Shown piece after piece: positions 8,875 through 16,110 of a stretch of 16,110 nt of DNA. Each line of letters begins with the position of its first letter. Position 1 is the first letter of the stretch. Below the pieces are notes generated by a model. The model was not told the DNA's origin, made no database searches, and was given only the letters and a program-made list of their open reading frames with translations. The position numbers and the translations under genes were made by a program. The stretch comes from an archaeon (lineage in GTDB: Archaea; Asgardarchaeota; Thorarchaeia; Thorarchaeales; Thorarchaeaceae), in contig JAJRZD010000107.1 in NCBI GenBank assembly GCA_024275415.1, positions 1-16,110 on the forward strand, in the 5' to 3' direction.

Positions 8875-9132
8875 TCACCGTTCATTGTAATCTGGACAAA
8901 TCCTGACCCCAGAGTTTTGTTCTCCCAGAAACGGCACTGGGAACGATTCTGTGTGGTCAGCATCGTGTGTCGTTCGACCTTGTGTCATAGTACTGTCCGG
9001 TCGTATATATGCACCTATTCCAGACTGTCTAGGATTGTCAAGGTCATTCGCAGCTGCTAGCAACCCCGTGAAATCTCGTAACATTGTATTCATTGGGACT
9101 GCAATGCTAGCATCATGCAATCCCTTTCTCAT
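8875..9132 (-). CDS. Possible small hypothetical protein (85 aa), may be spurious
   Basis: Fills the gap between the ECF-like gene (6 nt away) and the deacetylase start on the same strand. No recognisable motif or SD. Confidence 0.2.
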   Translation of the reverse strand: MRKGLHDASIAVPMNTMLRDFTGLLAAANDLDNPRQSGIGAYIRPDSTMTQGRTTHDADHTESFPVPFLGEQNSGVRICPDYNER

Positions 9133-9138
9133 GTCATA

Positions 9139-9891
9139 TCATTCGGTATGCGCTATGTTTCGTGTTTCCTTATCTCGAAGATAGTAATTTGGAAGCGCCC
9201 TCAGAATCTGATAGCCCACAGTGACCATTACTATCACTGCCAGAATAACCTTGATAGGCGTTATGATTCCGGCCCCAAGCCAGATAAGTTGCAGATCCTC
9301 TGGTGTGAACCCATAGAATAGCCAGTATGTCTGTCCCGGAACAAGAATGAATACCCTAGTCAGGATATCGCTCTCAAGCCCAATGACTGCACAGAATACA
9401 AGGTTCAACAGGTTTTTGCCCTTCGTAGACTCGTCCCACCAGCCCTTTCTCGTAAGCACCGAGAAGAGCAGAACGAAGCCAAATCCGACAAGGATGTCCC
9501 ATATTCCGAACAGTGGCAATGACCATGAAATTGGATACATGAAATACCCTCCTAGTAGCACTGAGTAGAATGCAATGACCGGTTTCCATCTTCTCTGATA
9601 CACGAATCCAGCCATGGCAGCCCCGACCGGTGCCCCAATCATATATACCATCTCAAAGATGTCACGGTAGAACAGAACATGTCCTACCAGACTGCCAATT
9701 CCTATTGCAACAAACCCACCAACTGGGCCGAGCAACACACCAACGATTGGACTCAAAAGGAATATCCACGAGTCCCAGATACCACTGTAAAACCCCGGTG
9801 TCAGGATCAAGTCCAGTACTGCCGCCATCGCGGCAAAGATAGATGTGAACGCAACAAAGTGGCTTTTCGTAGTATCGATGGGAATTGCCAT
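9139..9891 (-). CDS. Multi-pass membrane protein, ECF transporter S-component-like
   Basis: Likely start ATG 9891 (250 aa). First helix SIFAAMAAVL has AxxxA, followed by LLSPIVGVLLGPVGGFVAIGIGSLVG, a pattern typical of ECF S components. Substrate cannot be assigned. Confidence 0.75.
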   Translation of the reverse strand: MAIPIDTTKSHFVAFTSIFAAMAAVLDLILTPGFYSGIWDSWIFLLSPIVGVLLGPVGGFVAIGIGSLVGHVLFYRDIFEMVYMIGAPVGAAMAGFVYQRRWKPVIAFYSVLLGGYFMYPISWSLPLFGIWDILVGFGFVLLFSVLTRKGWWDESTKGKNLLNLVFCAVIGLESDILTRVFILVPGQTYWLFYGFTPEDLQLIWLGAGIITPIKVILAVIVMVTVGYQILRALPNYYLRDKETRNIAHTE

Positions 9892-9975
9892 GATTTGTCC
9901 CCGTAGGGCGGTTCGCCTTATACACTTGACGGACAGGGTCCCTTCATTCGTGACTGCCAAAAATGCCGAATTTCC

Positions 9976-11700
9976 TTACTTCTTGATTATCTTTCTGAGT
10001 TCCTTCAACGGATAGGTGTTGAGAACATCTTCCTTCGTGACCCATCCACGTCTGGCCTGATAGACCCCGAATATCATATTGTCCAGCTCCTCTGTTCGAT
10101 GGGCATCCGTGTTTATGGCAATCTTCAGTCCTAGTCCTATTGCGGTGCGAAGGTTTCCCGCATTCAAATCCAGGCGGCTTGGATATGCATTGAGTTCCAT
10201 TGCAACATTGTTTTCTCTTGCCACTTCGAACACTCGTGCCAAGTCGATATCGAACTCGTGCCTTCTATTGATCAGTCTCCCAGTTGGATGCCCTAGGATA
10301 TGGACATGTCTGTTTTGCAGAGCGTTGCATACTCTCTCCGTCATAATCTCCTTTGAATCTTTCATCCTACTATGTATCGAAACAGTCACAATGTCGAGTT
10401 GATCGAGTACCTCGTCATTGATGTCCAGGTTCCCGTTAGCAAGGATATCAACTTCTGCTCCCTTGAGTATCTCAAGCTCCCATCTGCCAGAAGCATTCAG
10501 GTCATCAATCTCGTCAATGCGATCCAGTAGCCGTTTCTCATCCAATCCCTTTGCGACAGTCAGGCTTTGTGTATGGTCTGAAACACAATAGTATTCGTAC
10601 CTCTTGGACTCGGCTGCGTCAAGCATCTGTTCAATGGAATGCACGCCATCTGACTGGTCAGTATGACTATGCAAGTCACCTCTAATATCCCCCAAAGTGA
10701 TCAATTTAGGAAGGCTTCCATTCAATGCTGCCTCCACTTCACCTCTCCCCTCTCTGAGTTCCGGTGGTATCCATGGCAGACTCAACGCATCATAGATTCC
10801 TTTTTCATGTTCGCCCGCTACTTTCTCCTCCCCTCTGAAGAGGCCGTATTCATTCAGCCGCAGGCCTTTCTTGATTGCCAATGACCTAAGGCTGACATTA
10901 TGGTCTATGTTCCCCGTGAAATATTGAAGCCCAGCACCGAAGCTTTCCTTTGGGATTACACGTAGATCCACCTGCAAGTTATCCTGCAAGCGAATCGACG
11001 ATTTAGTGGATCCCTGTGCCATTATATCTGCAACATCATCCATACCCACAAAGGCATCCATGACCTGCCGTGAATCGTCAGCATCTACTAAGATATCTAG
11101 GTCTCCGACTGTTTCTCTTCGTCGTCTGAATGATCCTGCGACTTCTGCTCTTCGGACGCCTGAAATACCCCGAACTATCTCTAGAATCCGCCTAGTGTGA
11201 GGCAACACATCGATATACCTGCTCCGTTCCCACCCTCTCTTGACAAGTTTTATTCCTTCGATAATCTGGTTCTGCGTCCGTTGTCCCATTCCCTTGAGAG
11301 ATACCAGCTTGTTTTCCTTTATTGCATTCTCTAACGACTCGATGTCAGTTATCCCCAGTTGTTCGTAGAAGAGTTTGATTTTCTTTGGACCAACATTGGG
11401 AATCGCGCTGAGTTCTTTCACGTTGACTGGGATTTTCTTCCTAAGATCTTCGAGATGTCTGACTGCTCCTGTGCTCAGGTATTCCTTGATTACATCCGAG
11501 ATGCCCTTACCCACTCCGGGAATATCAGTCAGTTTGTCCTCTTTCGCTAGGTTCTCGACATCCTCTCCGAGGGAGCCGACAGTCCTAACCGCTCTATAGT
11601 ATGCTCGGGGTCTGAACTTGTCCTTTCCCTCAATCTCAAGGAGGATAGCAATCTCTTTCAGGACAGATGCGACCTCTCTGTTCCGAGTCAAGGAAATCAC
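9976..11700 (-). CDS. polX: DNA polymerase X with C-terminal PHP 3'-5' exonuclease domain
   Basis: HhH motifs (IPGVGKG, IPNVGPKK), GSFRRRRETVGDLDILV, QVDLRV, LQYFTGN, LRLNEYGLF. PHP motifs GDLHSHT, SDHT, GAEVDI, GHPTGR, NTDAH. Start may be TTG 11691 after GGTGAT. Confidence 0.97.
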   Translation of the reverse strand: MISLTRNREVASVLKEIAILLEIEGKDKFRPRAYYRAVRTVGSLGEDVENLAKEDKLTDIPGVGKGISDVIKEYLSTGAVRHLEDLRKKIPVNVKELSAIPNVGPKKIKLFYEQLGITDIESLENAIKENKLVSLKGMGQRTQNQIIEGIKLVKRGWERSRYIDVLPHTRRILEIVRGISGVRRAEVAGSFRRRRETVGDLDILVDADDSRQVMDAFVGMDDVADIMAQGSTKSSIRLQDNLQVDLRVIPKESFGAGLQYFTGNIDHNVSLRSLAIKKGLRLNEYGLFRGEEKVAGEHEKGIYDALSLPWIPPELREGRGEVEAALNGSLPKLITLGDIRGDLHSHTDQSDGVHSIEQMLDAAESKRYEYYCVSDHTQSLTVAKGLDEKRLLDRIDEIDDLNASGRWELEILKGAEVDILANGNLDINDEVLDQLDIVTVSIHSRMKDSKEIMTERVCNALQNRHVHILGHPTGRLINRRHEFDIDLARVFEVARENNVAMELNAYPSRLDLNAGNLRTAIGLGLKIAINTDAHRTEELDNMIFGVYQARRGWVTKEDVLNTYPLKELRKIIKK

Positions 11701-11703
11701 CAG

Positions 11704-12714
11704 CTATTCATCATACAACTTTACGGATCTGACACCATCTTTGACGGCTTGGATATTCTCCTCGGGAGTATCGACAGTGATCACACAACCTGGTGCCACT
11801 ACGAGATGCTCATATCCTGCTTCTTGTATCGCGTCTAACACTTGTTCCTTAGCCTCATCCGGAGTCCCTGTTCTGAACACACCGTTATGATCAATCCCAC
11901 CAAGGACAGCCTTCTTTGAGATTTTCTTGCCCTCCCTTAGTCCGAGTGAGGCGCTCTGGTCTTCCCAGTTGATGGCATCAACTCCCTGAGTATGGGCTAT
12001 CTTATCGAATCGGACTATCTCGTTCGGTTCTCTCGCATGGAGATGTACAACAATGAACTTGGCTTTACCACGGAGCTTTGATATCAACTTCAGGTCCTGA
12101 GGAAGGATGAATCTCTCATAATGTTCATCGGTAACGACTGACTTTGTTGAATGTTGTGATGCAATGAATAATCCATCCGCACCGCCTTCCAGTGTAGCGC
12201 GGGCAAAGTCGATCATGACATCAGTGATCATGTCCAGTGCGGTCTCGATAATCCCCGGATTCTCGTCCATGTACCTCGCCAACTGCTTATCGCATATTTT
12301 GTCCGCGACCATCGGGCCATCGAATATCGTCGCCATTGTGGGGACAACATCCTGAGCGTACTGGCTGATTAACTCCACCGCACGCACCTGATTCCCAAAC
12401 TCCCCTTCCATGACGTCTGGCTTTTCCAGCACTTCCCAATCACTGGCTTGATGGATTGCGGCCTTGGTCAGCGTTGTGGAGCCACTTATCGCTCCATCAT
12501 ATCTTGCCTCGCATCCGAAGTCCACACATGGATAGTGTCCGAAAAAAGATATCTTCATAATGTCAGAATCGAATCTCTGATGGAATGCTATCTCCTCCTT
12601 TGCGAGCCCTTCAGGAGTGCGGTCCGCGATTGGATGATGCTTCCATAAGGCAAGGGGAATCCGTTCATCTACATTCCCAAGGAAAGTCTGCTTCAACAAA
12701 TCAAATTTCGACAT
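11704..12714 (-). CDS. Uroporphyrinogen decarboxylase/MtaA-like TIM-barrel family protein (not canonical HemE)
   Basis: Likely start ATG 12714 (336 aa). ALDMITD...GADGLFI, HLH, LGGID, GTPDE, APGCVI...TPEENI. Lacks the HemE MRQAGR motif. Confidence 0.88.
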   Translation of the reverse strand: MSKFDLLKQTFLGNVDERIPLALWKHHPIADRTPEGLAKEEIAFHQRFDSDIMKISFFGHYPCVDFGCEARYDGAISGSTTLTKAAIHQASDWEVLEKPDVMEGEFGNQVRAVELISQYAQDVVPTMATIFDGPMVADKICDKQLARYMDENPGIIETALDMITDVMIDFARATLEGGADGLFIASQHSTKSVVTDEHYERFILPQDLKLISKLRGKAKFIVVHLHAREPNEIVRFDKIAHTQGVDAINWEDQSASLGLREGKKISKKAVLGGIDHNGVFRTGTPDEAKEQVLDAIQEAGYEHLVVAPGCVITVDTPEENIQAVKDGVRSVKLYDE

Positions 12715-12869
12715 GATGTGCTTGATACCCGTGTTCTCTATAATGAGGCTTTCGAAGTGGTAGGAGTATTCATAAAACAAGCCATAATGAATGAAACACC
12801 ACCCAAACAGTCATCAATGAATACCGAAAACAAAGTAAAGCCCCTGTTATCTCGATTGGAGGAAACTGA

Positions 12870-14057
12870 TTGCCCGCGAAGACCGTCCTGTACGACCCAA
12901 AGGAATTCCTTCTAATGGATGGTATCGATGAGTTGGAGCGATCGTCTCCCACCCCCAACCCCTTCTGGAACAGGCCGCGATTTGAAGTGATATGGAACCT
13001 CCCAGTTATGTCTGGGATGACGAAGCACGAGAACATCAAACTAGAAGCAATGCGGATGGCTGACCGCGACGAGTTGTCCATCTACCACGACAGGTCTTAC
13101 ATCGAAACTGTGGAGCTATTTGGCAATACTGGGGCGGCGTTCTCCTCGCGTTTCGGCTTGGATACTGAGGAATGCCCTGTGTTCCAGGATATGCACAAGT
13201 ATGCAGCATATCCGGTGGGAACCACCATCGATGCGGTACTTGATGTCACAGAGGAGCAATTCACGAGCGCACTCTCTTTCTTTGGTGGAATGCATCATGC
13301 CATGGAGAGCAGGGCCGCTGGTTTTTGTTACTACAATGACTGTGCAGTCGCGCTCAAGATGTACAGGCAGATGAATCCTACAAAGAAATGCCTGTATCTG
13401 GATACGGATGTCCATCATGGGGACGGCACTCAGAACGCCTTCTATTTGGATCCTAATGTCCTGACCATCTCATTGCACGAGTACAGTATGGGGTTCTTTC
13501 CCCAGACGGGCCGTGCAGAAGAGATAGGCGCAGGTTCCGGGAAAGGATATACTGTCAACATCCCCTTACCTCCTCTCACTGACGATTTCGAATACTGGAG
13601 GGTGTTTGAGGACGTTGTGGTTCCCCTGTGGAAGTCCTACAAGCCGGATCTTGTGTTCTGGGAGGTGGGGGCAGACGGACATATCGGGGATCCCCTGGCA
13701 GACCTGATGCTGACATTTGACACATATGCACGACTTGCGAAGACAGTTAATCAACTAGTCCATCTGGGGAACAAGCAGCTTGTCATTGTTGGTGGCGGCG
13801 GATACAACCCGATTTCCGCGGCAAAGATCTGGACCATTGTCCTGAGTGAGATTGCAGGAGTGGCATTACCCCCAACACTACCTGATGACTGGGTCGAACT
13901 ATGCAGGTCGTTCAATCTCACTATGGAGCGAGATGGTTGGACCGACAGACCAACACGTTCTGATGACGACCACCAACCAAAGATACGTCGTGCAATTGAT
14001 GACGCAATCAGTGTGATCAAGGAGAAGATATTTCCAATCCATGGTATTGCAGAATGA
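12870..14057 (+). CDS. acuC: Histone deacetylase-superfamily protein, class I / AcuC-like
   Basis: GLDTEECPVF, GGMHHA, AGFCYYND, YLDTDVHHGDGTQ, SLHE, FFPQTG, VNIPLPP, GADGH..DPL, GGGGYNP. TTG start with GGAGG 7 nt upstream. Confidence 0.95.
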   Translation: MPAKTVLYDPKEFLLMDGIDELERSSPTPNPFWNRPRFEVIWNLPVMSGMTKHENIKLEAMRMADRDELSIYHDRSYIETVELFGNTGAAFSSRFGLDTEECPVFQDMHKYAAYPVGTTIDAVLDVTEEQFTSALSFFGGMHHAMESRAAGFCYYNDCAVALKMYRQMNPTKKCLYLDTDVHHGDGTQNAFYLDPNVLTISLHEYSMGFFPQTGRAEEIGAGSGKGYTVNIPLPPLTDDFEYWRVFEDVVVPLWKSYKPDLVFWEVGADGHIGDPLADLMLTFDTYARLAKTVNQLVHLGNKQLVIVGGGGYNPISAAKIWTIVLSEIAGVALPPTLPDDWVELCRSFNLTMERDGWTDRPTRSDDDHQPKIRRAIDDAISVIKEKIFPIHGIAE

Positions 14058-14159
14058 TCAGTCCGCGATGACTGTTGATATTGCGAAAAATATTGACAAT
14101 GCACAAAGATCTTCTCCATCATCAAAACTGATAAAGCAAGAATCACCGTTCTTAGTACC

Positions 14160-14480
14160 ATGAAACCAGGCCTGATTGAGGAAATGCTTGAACATTGCCA
14201 ACAACTAATTGATATGATTGACCGAGTTGGTGCCTGTCCAGAACTCACAGTCATACATGAAACCTTCGTGGAGTCCGTGAATCGTGCTATGAAGGCCTAT
14301 GAAGAAGGCAAAATCGCAGTCGATCTCAGGGCACTTCCTCCTGTGATGTATTCCTTTGCAACAGAGGAACTTCCAGTCCTGTGTCAAGGAGGCCCAGATG
14401 ACATTCAGAACGCTAGACGGCAGCTCAAGTTGTTCATGGTTTCAGTAAAGGAAATTCTGAAACCAAAATATAACAAGTAG
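14160..14480 (+). CDS. Small hypothetical protein, predicted all-helical
   Basis: 106-aa ORF, co-directional with both neighbours, with amphipathic helical periodicity. Family not recognised. Confidence 0.8.
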   Translation: MKPGLIEEMLEHCQQLIDMIDRVGACPELTVIHETFVESVNRAMKAYEEGKIAVDLRALPPVMYSFATEELPVLCQGGPDDIQNARRQLKLFMVSVKEILKPKYNK

Positions 14481-14534
14481 TTGGTCATTGTGCTCGCACT
14501 ACCGACTCAGAAGCCTTTTCTCTCATGGCGTCCA

Positions 14535-14540
14535 TATATT
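14535..14540 (+). promoter_or_regulatory. Candidate TATA-like element for a leaderless transcript
   Basis: TATATT about 27-32 nt upstream of ATG 14567, and no SD precedes that ATG. Confidence 0.3.
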
Positions 14541-14566
14541 GACAAAGACTATTGACTGATGTACTC

Positions 14567-16110
14567 ATGATTCGACTAATCGGTGTTCTCAGTGAGGGCG
14601 GAGTGCCTATCGTCATCAAAAGCTATGCTTCGATGGACGGCGAGATGGTCTTAGGCCCTTTGATTGCAGCCACAAAGACTCTATGTGATGTTATGGGGAG
14701 CGGAGAGGTGCGAAACTTAGCCTTCAAGGACAACACATTGATAGTAACTGAATCGGAACGAGGCTACTTAGTTGTCGCACTGGTGGACAAGGCCGAAGAC
14801 TACATGGATTGTCTTCTTAGGATTATTTCCGAAGAGATTGATGACTCGTCCCTTCCTGTAGCAAACGGCTCAGTCACTGAATCCCATATCTCGGTAGTAG
14901 AACGCATTCTTGACACCTATATCAAAGAACGGCTTGATATATCCCTCGCTTCTTTCGTATCCGAGGTTTGGCCCGTGGTACTCGAAGCAATCCGTAGTGA
15001 CATAGGACTGGGTGCAGAGATAGAATCGCTCGAATACAGAATTGAACGCGCCGACATCAGACCTTGCTGGATCACAATGACCAATGAAACACCATCTTCT
15101 CTTGATAATGCCCTCGAATTGGCATTGCGAGGAGAATTTGATCGTGCCTGCGCTGCCAGTAGAGGCATCATTGATGAACATGCACGAGCTTTCATGATAA
15201 AAATGGGTCATCTCGCAAGGTCGATGTCCAACACCTGCGCACCTCAAATTGAGGAACTGGAATCTGTTGCGAATACGATCTCCGGTGATGATCCATTCCT
15301 TCGGTTGGGCCGGTCATTAGCTAGTCACATCTCAGGAAAGATTTCCTCTGAGGAATACACCGACTCTTTCAGAGCTGCTGCTGAGTCATTCGATTTCAAC
15401 GATACACATGCAAACCTCCTTCGCTCATTTCTCTTCCTCGATTCTCGGATATCACTAATACGTGATTTTGCAGAAAGACTGGCAGAACATCTCAAGCAGA
15501 GATCCCCCATTGCCCAAGCGTATATTCTTTCCATATTGGACCGAGAGGCCATATTTGAAAAACTATACTCAGTTTCAAGCTATGACGACTTCAAGGATAC
15601 GATTGGATTCTACAAGGGACGTATAGATAGCATTCTCGAACAGTTCCGACAGGTTTTGAAGAGAAGAATACTCCGACGACTGCGAAGGAGTGAAAAAATG
15701 CGGGGCCTTGCTCTACGGGCGTCATTGCAGCTTCAGAACTACATCACGTTGTTGACTGCTCTTGCAGAGTCCCCCGTACTTACAGTGCGGGAGCGAAAAG
15801 AGGTTCTTGCAGAGGTCATTGACCTGTATTGGACATATTTCCGCCGCTTGCTACTGGACGAATTACCCCTCTTTGCACATACCATCGATAGCGTCTTTCA
15901 GAGCATGGGTGTGGTACATGCTGAATACTATTATCTTACGACCGGAAATGAACGCAAGGCTCACCTGTCACGAGTTGGAACCTTTCTTCAGGACATCATC
16001 CGCGTTTCAGAGCGCGAATGGGCAAAAAGTGCGATTCGCTTCTCGATCCATGTCATTCTCAATGCACTAGGCACAGTACTGACCCGCACAGGTCTGTTTC
16101 GGAAAGAGGC
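14567..16110 (+). CDS. Large protein (>514 aa, 3'-partial) with longin-like N-terminal domain and alpha-helical body
   Basis: Translated by hand; no stop from ATG 14567 to the window end, which probably explains its absence from the track. Begins MIRLIGVLSEGGVPIVIKSYASMDGEMVLGPLIAATKTLCDVMGSGEVRNLAFKDNTLIVTESERGYLVVALVDKAEDYMDCLLRIISEEI. CDS call is firm; the longin call is from pattern only. Confidence 0.88.
   Translation, partial: MIRLIGVLSEGGVPIVIKSYASMDGEMVLGPLIAATKTLCDVMGSGEVRNLAFKDNTLIVTESERGYLVVALVDKAEDYMDCLLRIISEEIDDSSLPVANGSVTESHISVVERILDTYIKERLDISLASFVSEVWPVVLEAIRSDIGLGAEIESLEYRIERADIRPCWITMTNETPSSLDNALELALRGEFDRACAASRGIIDEHARAFMIKMGHLARSMSNTCAPQIEELESVANTISGDDPFLRLGRSLASHISGKISSEEYTDSFRAAAESFDFNDTHANLLRSFLFLDSRISLIRDFAERLAEHLKQRSPIAQAYILSILDREAIFEKLYSVSSYDDFKDTIGFYKGRIDSILEQFRQVLKRRILRRLRRSEKMRGLALRASLQLQNYITLLTALAESPVLTVRERKEVLAEVIDLYWTYFRRLLLDELPLFAHTIDSVFQSMGVVHAEYYYLTTGNERKAHLSRVGTFLQDIIRVSEREWAKSAIRFSIHVILNALGTVLTRTGLFRKE

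Noticed and set aside
464-8941. 12-mer AACGGCACTGGG at 464-475 and 8930-8941
   Set aside because: Several 12-mer matches are expected by chance in 16 kb; not part of an array or element ends.
8817-8963. Track N-terminal extensions (deacetylase 8963; also 9960 and 12780)
   Set aside because: Family-like sequence begins only at the downstream ATGs 8816, 9891 and 12714.
9892-9975. Riboswitch upstream of the ECF-like gene
   Set aside because: Gap is only 84 nt, with no TPP, FMN, cobalamin or SAM consensus visible.
5319-11700. PolX as the cause of the short deletions in the TPR gene
   Set aside because: Proximity does not imply causation for a diffusible enzyme, and junctions cannot be defined without an intact ortholog.
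1828-16070. Remaining short track ORFs overlapping the main genes (e.g. 2422-2967, 10079-10402, 13751-14254, 14870-15247)
   Set aside because: Antisense or off-frame shadows of well-supported genes, without motifs.

Overview
Archaeal chromosomal window, most likely an Asgard (Thorarchaeia-like) genome. This is an inference from archaeal GGAGG/GGTGA Shine-Dalgarno sites, TATA-like promoters, GTG/TTG starts, a double-HTH Lrp and a longin-like ORF. The left 6.3 kb is a partly decaying accessory block: a probable decayed secreted-protein gene, an intact secreted beta-rich protein, a small membrane protein, an ABC-2 permease and ATPase, an Lrp/AsnC regulator split by one extra base in an A9 tract, and a TPR pseudogene. 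The right 9.7 kb is intact: an M28 peptidase, a co-directional minus-strand run (URO-D/MtaA-like enzyme, PolX-PHP, ECF S-component-like protein, class II-like deacetylase), a divergent class I AcuC-like deacetylase, a small helical protein, and a >514-aa ORF missing from the supplied track (longin-like N-terminus plus helical body) that runs off the right edge. I saw no rRNA, tRNA, CRISPR array or mobile element. No new system is proven; the best leads are the longin-helical fusion, the A9-split regulator and the two-deacetylase cluster.
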